A DNA stretch of 64,000 nt from the human T2T-CHM13v2.0 reference genome, Homo sapiens. The stretch is taken from the NCBI RefSeq assembly GCF_009914755.1, contig NC_060925.1. One strand, given 5' to 3'. The notes beneath the pieces were generated by a model. That model did no database searches and was not told the DNA's origin. It saw nothing but the letters and a program-made list of their open reading frames with translations. Below are positions 46,801-61,706 of this stretch, one piece after another. Made by a program: the position numbers and the translations under genes. Every line of letters begins with the position of its first letter. Positions within the stretch are counted from its first letter, which is position 1.

Positions 46801-49619
46801 ATACCTTCAGTGAGATGAAAACCAAATCCTGGAAACACAGAAACTACCAACACTTACTCAAGAAGAAACTTAAAGTAGTGTTAAACAACTAACACACTGA
46901 AAATTACAAAGTACTGCTAATAGCAAATAAAACATAAACCGATGAAACAACATCGCATGTTAATGGATTGGGAGACTTGTGGTTAAGATAATACAACCAA
47001 AATATATCCACAGGTTCAATACAATGCCTATAAAAATTCCATGCCTTTTTTTTTTTGCAAGAGTAGAAAACACTAAAAATCATATGAAATTACGAGCGAC
47101 TGCAAAATCCAAAACAACCTTGAATAGAAAAACAAAGTTGGAAGATTTACACTTCCTGAGTACAAAATTTGCCAAAAAGATACACTAATTTTAAAAGCCT
47201 GATAACAGAATAAGGATATATGCATAAATAAATAGAAGACAATTGAGAATCTAATGAGAAATACACGCATGTGTCTATGGTCAATAATCATCTGACAAGC
47301 GTGCCACGTCCATTCAATGGGAAAAGAATACTCACTTTAACAAATTGTGCTCAGACAAGAAGATATCCACAAACAAAAGAATGAAGTGGCATTACAAATC
47401 ATACTTAAACTCAAATTGATCAGGGACCTAAACATAAGAAGTAAAATTATAAAAATATGAGAAAAGATAAGGTTAAATATTCAAGACCTTAAGTTTAGCA
47501 TTTTTTTTAGCATGATACCGAAAGAACGAGCAATAAGAAAATAAATAATTGGACCTCATCTAACTTCAAAATTTTTGTGCTTCAAAGGTCTCAATCAAAA
47601 AAGTGAAAAGAGAGGAGAGTGGGAAAGCTGGCAGAACGGAATTCTTTAACAATTGTATCCCCATAGAAACATCAATTTTAATAACTATTCTTACACAACA
47701 TACCTTCACAAAAGCTAGTAAAGGCATGTGAGAGATCATAGAACCTGGTGATACAATTTTCATCTTGTTATAAAATAATAAGATTAGAAGCATTGAAGAG
47801 GGCAGGAAGGAGAGTTTTGATTACCTGCATTTTTTATCCCCAACCTCAGACAGCACAGTGCAGGGAGAGATACCAAACACTTGGAGAATAAAAACGGAAG
47901 TAAGTGTGGGACTTGGTCTTGGTGCCCAACACTAGGCCCACCACAGAAGAACTGAAAACCAGGCAGCCCCCACAACCACTGACTCCAGGCCAGTACACAA
48001 AGACCGAGCCTCCAGATCTACACCAACACTAGGCAGAAACCTGCAGCCCATGCAAAGCAGAATTAATTTGCAGTCATCATCACTGCCACCCACCCAGAGT
48101 GGCCTTAAGCTCTGGAAAGTATCCACTGGCAGGCAGGCCTCAGTGAACATGGGCTTCAGACTTGCATCAGTGCTGCACCAGCCCCAGTGGCCACAGGATA
48201 TCATCTGGGACCCACACCAGTTCCAGTGGCCATGGGATTACAGCACTGCACTGCACCAGTCGTGGCAGTCCCAGGCTTAGGGCACCACCTAGGGCTGCCC
48301 CCACCACAGCAAACTAGAGCTTAGGGACCACACCAGACAACCTGCTCAGAATCTCTAGACAGGCTTACTATTGAAGAATGTTTCAGGATAAAACAAGTCT
48401 GCAAAGACTGGAATAAGTACCTATTATATTAGATGCATGACTGCAGACGCAAGAGAAATCAAGGAAGCATACATCACCAAGCAAACAAATGGAGATGCAT
48501 AAACTACCTGACAAAGCATTTGAAATAACAGTCTTAGGGAAGCTTAGCAAACTTCAAGAAAATACACAGAAACTATTCAAACAAACGATAAAAATAATAT
48601 GACCACAATGATAAACTTAGCAAATATTGGAATAACTTAAAAATCAAACAAATTCTAAAGCTGCAAAATATAATGAACAAAATGTAAAGTGCAGTTGAGA
48701 CCATCAACAGCAGAATGGATCAAGCCAATGAATCTGTGAACTCAAATACAGGTTATATGAAAATAGAGAAGAGAAAAGAATGAAAAATAATAAAGGAAAC
48801 ATGAGATTTACTGGACAGCAACAAAACAGCAAATTTTTGAGTCATTGGAGATAAGGGAGTTGAAATGATAAAGGAGTAGAAAGCTTATATGAAGAAATAA
48901 TAGAAAACTTTTCAAACCTGGAAAAAGATATAAATAACCAGGTACAGTGAGGTAAAAAGTAACCAATCAGATTCAATCCAAACAAAACTACCCCTAAGAC
49001 ATATTATAATCAAACCACCAAAAATTGAAGGGAAGCTTCTCTGTATTGGTGGAAGGTAGGTAGGGCTTTTCTAGCCCCTACTTCCACTCTATCCCCTGAG
49101 TTCCACCTGCACTGACTCAAGGAAGAGTAAGCATCTAGAGCTAGTGAGAATGGGAGGAACTTACAAAGTCAAGAGAGAAGCCTATTGTTCCTTGCTCACC
49201 CACAGATTACGTACTATTACTCAAGGCTTGCTGTATTTATTATAGAAGAGAAAATCTTCTTGTATTATATATCAGCTGAGTTATTGCTTATCTGAGAATC
49301 ACCAGAAGTTTCCACCCGAGACAGGATAAGAGAATAGAGCCAACATGTTGGGATTTCCAGAGCAATCAAGAGAAAAGAAAATCTATTGTGTTATTATTGC
49401 CCCTGAGAAATCACACTTTTGTCTTTCCTAGGAAGCTGATGCTTACAACAATGGAGATTAGCAATACCTGGACAGAGTTGAGCTTCAAAGGATACTGAGA
49501 AATGGCTAAAGCAGGTAAAAAGAGAGAAGACTGGAACTTTGTCTATGCTTATCATCTAGCTTCAAGGAGAAACACAGTTGAGTTCAGCCATTTTGAAACA
49601 ATGGTTAGAAACTAGATAA

Positions 49620-49948
<329 letters not shown>

Positions 49949-50074
49949 CTTAAGCTTTTTATGAGCAAATTAATATTTCAAATTAAATTGAACCAAATGG
50001 TTTTCTCATACGATGGAGCAACATTCCTCATGCTGGAAAATGAGATGCTCCTGAAGTCTTTGCATCTTGGCCCT

Positions 50075-50425
50075 CTACCGTTGTTTTCCACATTGATATT
50101 TATGTGTTCTGTTTAGAGACTTGATGTGTTCCCAGAACTTTCTGAAGAGCCCCACCACATCCTTGTTTCTCAGGATGTAGATGAGGGGGTTTAGCATGGG
50201 GGTGAGTACAGTGCAAAATACAGACACAGCTTGTTTCTGCTCAGGGATGTGGGAGAAACCCTGTGTCACGTATATTAAACACACAGTTCCTAAGTAAAGA
50301 CCACGGAAAGATGGGAGGAGCAGTTGGCCAAAGCTTTGTTCCTACTTTAGGGGGATTTCATATGGAGGACTGTAAGGAAGATGAGGTATGAGAGGCCACA
50401 AGTCCAAGATGAAATGGATAAGAAG
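50075..50425 (-). pseudogene. Mirror copy of OR pseudogene fragment (TM5-TM7); probably OR2AS1P/OR2AS2P
   Basis: ORF 50075..50284 identical in translation to 5189..5398; same stop and frameshift. Confidence 0.88.
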
Positions 50426-51054
50426 TAGAGAGCCACAGGCCAAGATCAAATGGGTAAAAAGTAGAGAGCCTGCATTTGAACCAGGTAGTCTGACTCAGGG
50501 TCCACACATCATCTCAATCATGGATGACTACCACAGACAGCTTGTTCCTTTCTCATCCCCATATTCTGGCTTCTCTCTTGCCATGTACACCTCCCCTTAG
50601 TCTCCATACCTGGGGCCACCTGCCCCCACAATCCTGTTCCCATAATATCTCACCTTGAATGAAGAGCTAAGCCAGGAAGGAAGCATCTGAAATAGTGTTG
50701 AAGAAAAGCTGAAGTGAGTGGAGAAGGACATCACTTTGTGTCCTTTACTTTCTGTTGGCCAATGCCTGTCTCCCGGTCTAGACCCTACCACCTACAGGTG
50801 AGGCCTCAAGCACAGCTCATCTCTGCACTGTCTCCATGTAGAACCAATGTCCCTGCTCAGATTAGATATATGAAATCCCCTAGTTGTAGATGTGGGGGCC
50901 TATGGAAATGAACCTCTCATAAACTGCTGAAGGGTACAAATTAACACAGCTTGAGAGAAGTGGCCTGGAGTGAGCTTCACTTCACACTAGGCCAGGACCA
51001 CATTATTACTCCCAACAAAATAGTTTGTTTATAATCCTTTTCGTGGACTCCAGA

Positions 51055-52917
51055 AGAGGAAGATGGCAGATAGGAGGCAGGACTAACGTGCAGCTCCCAC
51101 TTGGATGGACAGAGCAGCATGTGGAGATTCACGCTGTGAACTTTTGCTCCAAGAACTACCATAGGACATACCAGGAAAGCCAAGAGAATCCAAAGACCCT
51201 TTGAAGGAGGTGGCGGCCACTGTAGGCTCCGTGCCAAAGACTGAGTGCCAAAATGTGTGAAAGTGTAAAAGGGGGATGCTCCACCCCCAAGCACAGATCC
51301 TCACTGGGGAACCTGACGGTCCACATGGTGGGAAAAGGATTTAATCTTACGCGGAGCTAAGAGGAATTTAGAGAGCCAAGCAAAATATTCGAGTAGAGGA
51401 AACAACAAGAAGAGCCCTGTGGGAAACCATTTCGGACTTTGTCTTGCAGGGGTCCTTTGGGAGGGCTGCCAGTGGAATTGGGGAAAGACTACAAGGAGAA
51501 GCAAGCTTTCAGATGAATTTTGTAATAATCTTGACTAACGTGAAGCTTCCTGGACAGAACCTGGGGGAGGGGGCAAACTGGGAGTGCAGATACAAGCTCA
51601 GAAGCTGAGGCAGGCAGAGAGGCATGAAACCTAAAAGCCCTGCTTGCTTTCTTCATGAGGGGCTTGTAGCCTGGGGCAAGTTCTCAGCCCTGCTCACCAG
51701 CTGCCTGGAAAAAACTCAGTGCTACTGGGGGCACAAGGTGGGAGTGAGACTGGCCTTTTGGGCTGCCTGGGAGCTGAGTGAAGCATGTAACTGCCCGTTC
51801 CCCCCCTTCTCTGGTGACCTGCATGACCCAGCAGAGGCACTCATAATCCCCGTGGAAACATAACTCCATCAGTCTGAGGACCACACCCCAATCCCACACA
51901 GCAGCCACACAGCAAGCCCCGCCCAAGGAGAGTCTCAGCTCAGACACGCCTAACACTGCCCCCACCTCTTGGCCTTTCTCTACCCACCCTGGGAGCCAAA
52001 GACAAAGGACATAATCTCATGGGAGCTCTGAGGCCCGGCCCATTGCCTGAGAAATCTGGATACTTATCCAGGTAACCCTAAGGCAAGCTCGTATCTTCCC
52101 TACACTACTGCAGCTGATGCAACTCTTGAAAGAATCAACTGCTGGCTGGAGACCAACCAGCAAACTTATCAAAAATACAGCCAAGGACCCTCACAGAGTC
52201 CACTTCACTCCCCTGCTCCCTCCACCACAGCATGTGCTGGTATCCATGGCTGAGAGACCTGAAGACAGATCATACCACAAGACTCTTTGCAGACACTCTC
52301 CGGTACCAGCCAGTACCAGAGCACAGTAGCTTTGCTGGGTGGTTAGATGTGGAAGAGAAATAACAATCTCTGCACTTTGTTTCTCAGGAACCCCCATCCC
52401 TAGAAGAAGGGGTAGAGCACCACATCAAGGGAGCACCCCATGGGACAAAAGAATCTCAACAGCAGCCCTTTAGCCCCAGAACTTCCCTCTCACATAGTCT
52501 ACCCAAATGAGAAAAATCCAGGAAAACCATTCTGAAAATATGACAAAACAAGATTTTCTGACACCCCCAAAAGATCACACTAGCTCACCAGCAATGGATT
52601 CAAACAAAGGAGAAATTTCTGAATTGCCAGAAAAAGAATTAAGAAGGTCAATTATTAAGCTACTCAACAAAGTACCAGAGAAAGGTGAATACCAACTTAA
52701 ATTTAAAAATGTGTTACAGGACATGAATGGAAAAATCTCCGGAGAAACAGATAGCATAAATAAAAAACAATCACAACTGCTGGAAATCAAGAACACACTA
52801 GAAAAATGCAAAATACACTGGAAAATCTCAGAAATAGAATCAAACAAGTAGAAGAAACAAGTTCAGAGCTTGAAGACAAGGCTATTGAACTAACCGAATC
52901 CAGCAAAGACAATTAAA
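51055..52917 (+). mobile_element. Mirror L1 5'UTR + ORF1 N-terminus
   Basis: Reverse complement of 2556-4418; ORF 52507..52851. Confidence 0.85.
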
Positions 52918-53585
52918 AAACACACCTTTAACTGTGTTTTCTTATACTTCGGGCTTTTTGTAGGTTAATGACTTTTCTTAATTCCTAAGTACCATCTGAG
53001 TAATTAGTCACATGGTTATAAAGAATATCAAATGTCAGACTAAATTCTTTTCAAGCTTCCCTCAGCAGCTTAAAGTTGAAACCTTTTCATTCCTTCTTCT
53101 ATAATCTTGGGTATTTGAAATGGGTATTCTCCCACTTGAACATAGGCAAAATCTAATTTCTTGTCTCTACCCTATGGAATCTCATTTAGTAATTATTTCT
53201 AAACTTATCCTGATGCCATGCATCATTGGTTTGTTATAAATATATCTAAAGGAGTACACAACATTTACTAAAGAAACACATTCCCCGTGTGATGTGTCCT
53301 GATAAGAAAAATGACCTCCAAATTTACATTCCTGTACAGGTATGATGATTTCACTCTACCATACTTTATTTTATACCCATCTATTGTTTCTTCCACAAAT
53401 ATACATAACTGGAGTCATAGCCAAAACTTGTATTGCCTGGGCCTATTTGAGCATAAACAGCAGGTATTAGCCCTAAATAGGGGGTCTTCTGCCAACTTGG
53501 GTGTGTTAGGAAACATGGACAATATTCAAAATGGCCTGCAGGACTCCAGTTTCAAAGTGAAAGATACCATGCCCATCCAAGACAT

Positions 53586-56500
53586 TGCAGTTTGCCTTTC
53601 CCTGATGATTAGTGATGTTGAGCACTTTGTCATATACGTGCTAGCCATTTGTATGTCTTCTTTTGAAATATGTTTTTCGATGTCTTTTGCCCATTTTTAA
53701 AATCAAATTATTTGTGAGATAATTTTGGTACTCAGTTACTTGAGTTCTTTATATATTCTGGATATGAACCCCTTGTCAAATGCATTGTTGGCAAATCTTT
53801 TCTCCCACTCGTATGTTATCTATTCACTCTGTGAATTGTTTTCGTTATTGTGCAGAACCTTTCAGTATGATGTAATCTCATTTTTTAATTTTTTATTTTT
53901 TCCCTGTGATTTTGAGGTTCTACTTTAAAAATTCTTGCCCAGATCAATGTAGTGATGATGCATTCTGCCTGTGTTTTCTACCAGAAGTTTTACAGTTTAA
54001 GATCTGATATTAAAGTCTTTAATCCAATTTGAGTTTAAAATAGTGAAATAAGTGTCTAGTTTCATTCTGTATTTGGATATGCATTTTTTGCATCACCATT
54101 TATTGAGGAAGTAGTGCTTTTCTTGGTGTATGTTCTTTTCAACTTGGTCAAACATCAGTTGACTATAAATGAGTGAATTTATATCTGGGCTCTCAGGGGT
54201 TCTCTTCTGTTTGTGTGTCTGCTTTTATGCCAGTACCATTCTCTTTTGATGTTTAATAGCTTGTAGTATATCGGGTAGTATGATGCCTACATATTCATTC
54301 ATTTTGCTCAGAATTGCATTGGCTATTTGGAGTCTTTTTTGCTTCCATATGAACTTTAGGATTGTTTTTTTCTATCTCTGAAGAATATCTTTTGTATTCG
54401 GATAGTGATTGCTTTAATTCTGTAGCTCTCTTTTGGTAGATGGACATTTTAATGATATCAATTCTTCTAATCCACGAACATGGGGAATCTTTCCATTTAT
54501 TTGTGATCTCTTCAATTTCTTTCATTAGAGTTGTATAGTTTTTCTTGAAGAGATCTTTTACTTTGGCTAAATTTATTCCTAGTTATTTTGTATTTACTTT
54601 AGTTTTTGTAAATGGGATTGCCTTATTTCTCTTTCAGATTGCTCACTGTTGGCCTATATAAATGCTAATTTTGTATGTTGATTTTGTATCTTGCAAATTT
54701 ACTGAATTCATTTATCAGTTCTCACAGTTTTTGCTGGTGTCGTTAGGATTTTTTTAATATATGACCATGTCATCTGTAAACAGGGAAAATTTCAGTTCCT
54801 TCTTTCCAATTTGGAGGCCTTTGTTTCCTTCTTTTACCTAATTGCTCTAAGACCAGACACAGCTTCTCTTTTTTCTCTCCTGAATTCATGGGAATTCAGG
54901 ATGTTATTGTTTTTGAATAGTTTCCAGTTCTATTTTTGTGGGTGTGGATGAATGATGCTGGAGGATCTTCTATTCATCTATCTTGTTGCTATAACTCCTC
55001 TCTATGAGTCTTTCTTAACTTTTTAAAGATACAGTTTGCTGTTAGAGTATAGAAACTCCAATTTCTGTCTGTTGATTTCCTGAAACTTTCCTGAATTTGT
55101 TAGGGAATAGTTTTTGTTGAAGGCTTTATGTTTTTTTATATGTAATATTACTTTATTAACAAACAGAAACATGTCACTTCTTCCTTTCCTATTTACATTT
55201 CTATTTATTTTTCTTCCCTAATTGCTTTAGCTGGGACTTTCAGTGCTATGTTACATAAAAGTGGCAAGAGTGACCGTTCTGGTCTTTTGCTGGATCTTAG
55301 AGAAAAAGCTTTCAACATTTCATCATTAAGTATTATGTCAGCTGTAGGCTTATCATATATGGCCTTTGTTATGGTGAGATACATTCCTTGTATACCTAAT
55401 TTGTTGAGAGTTTTGGAATTTTGTCAAATGCTTCTCTCCACCTAAATAATCATAAAATTGTATCATTCATTCTGTTAATGTGCTATGTGATGTTTATTAA
55501 TTGGCATCTGTTGAAGCATCCTTGCATCCCTGGGATGAATCCCATTTTATCATGATGAATGCTTTTTGAAATGTGCTTTTAAATTCAGTTTGCTAGCATT
55601 TTTTGAGGAATTTTACATCCATGTTCCCAAATGATATTGACCTGTAGTTCCTTTTTCATTCCCATGTCCTTCTCTGGCTTTGGTATTAGGATAATTCTGG
55701 CCTTGTATAATGAATTTGGAAGTATTCCCACTTCTTCAATTTTTTGGAAGTGTTTGAGAATAATTGGTATTAGTTCTTTAAATTTTTGATAGAATTTTGC
55801 AATGAGTCCATATTGTCCTGGGCTTTTTTTTTTTTTCTGGTGGGAGACTTTTATTACTACTTCACTGCATTATTCATTATTGGTTTGCTAAGATTTACTA
55901 TCGTAGGATTTATGTATCAGTCAATTCATGTCTTCCAGCTTATCTAATTTTTGACATGCAATTATTCATTATACTTTCATAATCTTTTGTATTTCTGTGG
56001 CCTCAGTTGTAATATTTCCTTTGTAAATTTCTGATTTGAACCTTCTTAGTCTAGTTTATTTTGTTTTTTCACAAAACAACTCATCTGATGTTTTGCATTG
56101 TTTTTATCATTTTTTTATTTCTCCTCTAATCAATATTAATGTATCTACTAATTTTGAGTTTAGCTTATTCTTGTTTTTCTAGTTAATTAAGGTACAATAT
56201 TACCTTTCCTTATTTGAAGTCTTTCTTCTTTATTGATGTAGCCATTCATTGCTATAAACTATAAACTTCCTCTTTGAACTGCTTTTGCTGTGTCCTGTAG
56301 GTTTTGGTATGTTGAGTTTTCCATTTTTATTTGTCTCAAACAACCTTTTATTTTCCCTTTTAATTTTTTCATTGACCCATCTATTGTTTAGGAGCATATT
56401 ATTTAATCACCATTTATTTGTAAACTTTCTGAGAATTCTTGCATTCGTTTATAAACTGCTGTGATCAGAAAAGATGATTGATATTATTTTGAACTTCTTA

Positions 56501-57330
56501 TCTTTAAGACTTTTTTGTGGTCAAACATGTGATCTAACCTAGAAAATGTTTCATGTGCAATCGAGTATAATGTGTATTCTGCAGCTACTGAATAAAATGT
56601 TTTGCATATGCTTTTTAGGTCCATTGCCCTAGAGTGCAACTTGAAGCTGTTATTTCATTGTTTACCTCCTGTCTGGATAGTCTTTCCATGGCTGAAAGAG
56701 GGGTGTTGAAGTTTCTTAGTATTATTTTATTGCTATCTATCCCCTTAGATCTATTAATACTTTATTGTATTTAGGTTAATGTTTCATACATAGTCACAAT
56801 TATTATATACTTTTTGTTGAATTGACTTTTTAATCATTATATATGATCTTCTTTGTCTCTTTCTACAGTTCTGGACTTCAGTCTATTTTATCTGATATAA
56901 GCATAGCTACTCCTGCTCTTTTCTGGTTACGACTTGCATGGGATATCCTTTTCAACCACTTCACTTCGTCTGCATATGTCCTTGCAGGTTAAAGTAACCT
57001 GTTGTAGTTGGCATTTTTTATACATTCTGCCACCAGATATCTTTTGATTGGATAATTTAATACATTTACATTTAAGATAATTTTTGATACATAGGGACTT
57101 AATGCTACAATTTTGTTAGTTTTCCAGTTGTTTTCTAGAGACTTTGTTCTTTTCTTCCATTCTTACTATCTTCTTTTAAGGTTAAATGATGTTTTTTCTA
57201 GTGGTATGCATTGATTCCTTGTTTTTTAAAAATTTTTGTATGTCTACTACAGGTTTTTGCTTTGTAGTTACCACGAGACTTACCAACATATTATAACAGG
57301 TTATTTTAGGCAGCTAACAATTTTTAGCAC
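53586..57330 (-). mobile_element. Degenerate old L1 ORF2 (mirror of 1-1887 plus its continuation)
   Basis: T-rich antisense L1 ORF2 sequence continuing to ~57330. Confidence 0.85.
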
Positions 57331-57799
57331 AATAAAGCTCTACAAAAATCATTTTTCATGAAATTTTGCTACATTTCCTTTCACAAGGATGTTTTAAAGA
57401 TAACCATCAAATGTGTCTATAATTATAATCCAGCAAATTGAGAGTTGACAAATGCTCTTTAATTCATACAAAGTTAGAGTATGCATTTTATATTGTCTGA
57501 GTTCAGGAAAAATATTAAAAACTAGTTCTCTCATATTTTTCCAAAGCACTACAGAATCTTTATATTATAGTCATAAAATAATTGAGTGTGGTGAGAGAAA
57601 AGAAGAATGTGTACTGTTGAAAACACCTGATTATTCGCAAGTTGTACATAGCCAATTAGGAAGTTATAGCATGCAGCTACCACATGTATGCTTTTAGGTA
57701 ACAGGTTCAGCAGGCCCCACCTCAAATGCCCTCCTATCAGCCTATTCTCGGGTAAAGGCATGGTCGACTCCACTTAGATCAACATCATTTAGATCACCA

Positions 57800-58350
57800 T
57801 TCTCATGTACCTGGTCTCTATGTTTTTGGTCTTGCACATCTCCAATTGATCACCACACAAATAACATTTCTAAAATACAAATCTGATCATTTCACTATTG
57901 TTTGTAAAACCCTGGGCCACACAAGGGCAAGAAATAAGCCTAACATGAAATAAGAAAGATCTACTGGGCATTGATCTCTCTCGCTTGCTCAGCCCTGTCT
58001 TTGCTCATGCTGTGCCTTTTCCCTTGCAGCGTGTCTCAGCAAGTTCCCCTGGCTCCAACATCACACACTCATCTGAGGGTAACTTTTCGTCACTATTCAG
58101 CACTGAGCCCCGGAGTCTCCTCTCAGCTCCTTGTTTGAACTCAGATGTCACAGATAGAATTAGTGTGTCCTTATGAGCTGCACCCTTCACACGAGTATCA
58201 AAACAGCTTATTTATTTTCTTACATTTGTTTGCATAAACAACTACATGTATTTTTCAAACTCCTTGGTAAAAGCCATGTGCTATTCAAAATTTAATCTTA
58301 TTTAACTATTTTTAATTATAAAATAGTACAAAATGCTTGTTAAATAAATG
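57800..58350 (+). mobile_element. LINE-2 3' region fragment
   Basis: tttctaaaatacaaatctgatcat, ttgctcatgctgtgcct, ending aaatgcttgttaaataaatgaa. Confidence 0.6.
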
Positions 58351-59212
58351 AAGGATTGAATGTTGATGCCATCCCTCTGCTTGTTTGTATAACAAGTTAC
58401 ATGTTTGAAATCTCAGCTCAGGAATCACCCTGGGCAGGTAACCTTCCTTAAAACTCCTTCCACTCAGGTGTCATATTTTTTCTGCAGTCACTTATGTGGT
58501 CCTACATCCTCAATACACCACATGGCAGTAATTATTTCGGAGAGATAAATCCACTAGACGCCATCAGAATTGGACCATGCAGAAAAATGTAGCCCTCAAT
58601 AAAGAAGGGGCGATGACTGGATTTTCTCGGTAATGATTAGATATAATGAAATGAGCATGATTTCTAAGATGTCACACTGCCACCAAGCAGAAAGGAGAAT
58701 ATTTTCAAAAAGGGAGAAAAGCCTGGTATTTAATTATTTGTAAATGATTTCAACTTCACAAAAATCATTAAAAAACAATAGTACAATTAATACCTATATA
58801 CCCTTTACCCATACTCATGTGTGGCAGCAACATTGAACTCAGTTTGTTTCATTGCCCCTCTCTATCTCCCTCCCTCTTTCCCTCTCATCATTTGAACACC
58901 TCATGACCTTTTTGTCTCTAAATATTAAGTATTTCCTGAGGTTAAGAATATTTTTTCACAAAATTAGAGAACAGTTATCAACTTCCAAAAATGTTACATT
59001 AGTATAACACAATTGTAAAAGAATTTTGGATGGACAAAGACTATAAAATAGAGTTTCCACACAGTGAAAGAATTCCTCAAAATGAGATGAATATGAGATG
59101 AGGCATCATTGTATGAGAGTCTAAGGAATAACAGGGATAAAATCCTAAGTATCTGATGGGTAGAGAAAAGGAAAATAAATCTTTATATCCAAATTTCCTA
59201 CTTTATAATTTC

Positions 59213-60160
59213 CTAAAGGACGAATCTCACAGTTAACATTTTCTTCAGAGCCCCCATGACATCCTTATTCCTAAGACTATAGATTAAAGGGTTCAGCACC
59301 GGAGTGAGGATGGTATAGAAGACAGATACCATCATGTCCTTCTCAGGGGTGTGGTAGGAGCTGGGGAGCATGTAGGTGTAGACGGCAGCCCCATAGAAGA
59401 GGATGACCACAGTCAGGTGGGAGGAGCAGGTGGCAAAGGCCTTTTTCCGGCCCTCTGCTGAGTTCATCCTGTGGACGGTGAGGAGGATGAGTAAATAGGA
59501 GCTTGAAATGATCGTCACAGGGATGAGGAGCATGAGGACACAGCATAGGTACATGAGGGTCTCATAGAGTGAGGTGTCTGAGCAGGACAGGATCGTTACA
59601 GCAGGGACTTCACAGAAGAAATGATGAATCTCCCAGGATCTGCAGAAGGGGAAGCTCATGGTGATGGGAGTGAGCATGAAGCCATCCACTGAGCCCAGGA
59701 ACCAGCAGCCCGATGCCAGGAAAAGACAGACCCTATGGTTCATGAGGACAGGGTAACGGAGAGGATGGCAGATGGCCACGTAGCGGTCATAGGCCATGGT
59801 GGCTAGAAGGAAAAATTCCGAACCTGCTAGTGTCAGATAGAGGAACATCTGCATCCCACACTCAGGGGCTGAGACCTTATTCACACCCATGACCTGGTCC
59901 AGGAGCATCTTGGGCACAGTGACAGAAATGTACGCCATGTCCATGAGAGACAATTGACTGATGAAAAAGTACATGGGGCTGTGGAGGTGGGCGTCACAGT
60001 GTATCAGAAGGATCAGGACAGCATTTCCAGACAACGCCTTCAGGAAAACCACAAAGATGACCACACTAAGTAGAGCTGGATGTTTGGATCGTCTGAAGAG
60101 TCCCATGAGGATGAAATCCAACCTTCCAGTGTGGTTGGCCATCCTGGTGATGTTGGCCAT
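59213..60160 (-). CDS. OR2T29/OR2T5: Olfactory receptor family 2 subfamily T, OR2T5/OR2T29 near-identical paralog pair (cannot tell which), 315 aa
   Basis: Intact ORF; motifs [50 protein letters not shown]; start [12 protein letters not shown] and end TVRFVL recalled for OR2T5/OR2T29. Confidence 0.9.
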   Translation of the reverse strand: MANITRMANHTGRLDFILMGLFRRSKHPALLSVVIFVVFLKALSGNAVLILLIHCDAHLHSPMYFFISQLSLMDMAYISVTVPKMLLDQVMGVNKVSAPECGMQMFLYLTLAGSEFFLLATMAYDRYVAICHPLRYPVLMNHRVCLFLASGCWFLGSVDGFMLTPITMSFPFCRSWEIHHFFCEVPAVTILSCSDTSLYETLMYLCCVLMLLIPVTIISSSYLLILLTVHRMNSAEGRKKAFATCSSHLTVVILFYGAAVYTYMLPSSYHTPEKDMMVSVFYTILTPVLNPLIYSLRNKDVMGALKKMLTVRFVL

Positions 60161-61561
60161 GAGGTTTCACCTAGGCCACCAAGGAGAGTTTTGGAGTCAG
60201 TGTAACGCGTCCCTTTGTAATGAGTGTTTAGTGAGTACTCACATTTGTGTATGCTCATTGTGCTAACCTGAGTCCCGTGGGTCTGGGGATTTGAGTATAT
60301 AAATGACATATAACAAATTCACAAAACAAACTAAGAATTCACAACTATAGGCCAGAAGAATTGGTAACTGATAGTAAGGTTGTCACGGTTCAAATTCATA
60401 AACTTTCCTGATGATAATGCCATTTATCAACAAGTACTGAAAATTTGCAGAACCTCCCTCCTCTGCTAACACAAACAGTGACTCATTGAAAGAAAGATAA
60501 AGCAAACTCCTTATTGTAGAGTTTTTGTCATAGACAGCTGAATTGAATCAACATCGCTGGTTTAAGAAACAATAGGCATCTTCAAAATACTCAGAGGTAT
60601 ATATGATATAAGAAAGATTTAGCAAGTAACTAAAGCGTAACTTGGAAAAAAAATTATGCCAGATGTTTGAACCTCCTCCTCCCATAGGATCAGGCCATGC
60701 TGTGAGGCTCTGTGATTGCGTGGAGCGAGCCTCACATTCTCATGAGCAGGGAAGGGTCCTCACACACAGCTGACCCTTTAGACATCGAGAGACGTGAAGT
60801 GAGGAGCCCACACACAGTAGACTCCAGCTATGGGTCCACCTTTTTCTCTGTCTGCCATTCCTTTCTCCAATCTACATCAAAAAGGATAAAAATCATGTTT
60901 GAGCTCAGGTGTGGTGAGGGTAAAATGAGGAAATGTAATGAAAGTGCTTAGAATAGTACAGTTTCCGATGAATAAACACATATACTCTTAGTGTAGATGT
61001 TAACTCTTTAAGCTAACTATTCTGCACAACCTAAGAGATTGTTGCTACTATTATTATATAAGATATATTACTTCCATTCTCCAGATTCAGTACCTATTCA
61101 TACATTTAAGAAGCTGACTTTCAAAATAAAAATGGCAGAAGTTCTGCAAAATAAAGCATATGACCCACTTTAAAAAAAAACAATTTGGATTTTATATTTG
61201 TGTGTTTATGTGTAAATACTCTGGTTTTATATAAATATATATAATATATTTATGTAAACATACACAGGTGAATATATAACTATAACATTTCTTATTTTAA
61301 CCCTGGTTATGCAGAGCTTTTTGGAGACTCCTATGTCCTTCCTGCCTAGTATGTGGTCCTCCAACCTCATCTCCTTAAAGCTCCTCTCATTTTAAAGCTC
61401 ATTAAATCTCAGCGAGGAAGAACTAGAATTTGGAGGGTCACTGCTGTTTATCAGACAAGGCTTTAGTTGTTTTTGCAAACCTCATGTGCTTTATTACTTG
61501 CCACAATCAATCTTTCATACAAACTGAGAAGCAGGGAGGAAAATCAAACAACACTGAGGCA

Positions 61562-61706
61562 TCTGACTTCAACTCACTGTTTCTCCCTCTACCGTGACAC
61601 TCACAGCCTGTGTTATACTGACGATGAATCGCCTCTGACTTCAACTCACTGTTTCCTTCTCTATCATGATACTCACAGCCTCTGTGTTATATGCAGAAGA
61701 TGAATC
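61562..61706. repeat. Tandem duplication, 2 x ~72 bp
   Basis: tctgacttcaactcactgtttc...actcacagcct...gatgaatc at 61562 and 61634. Confidence 0.9.
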
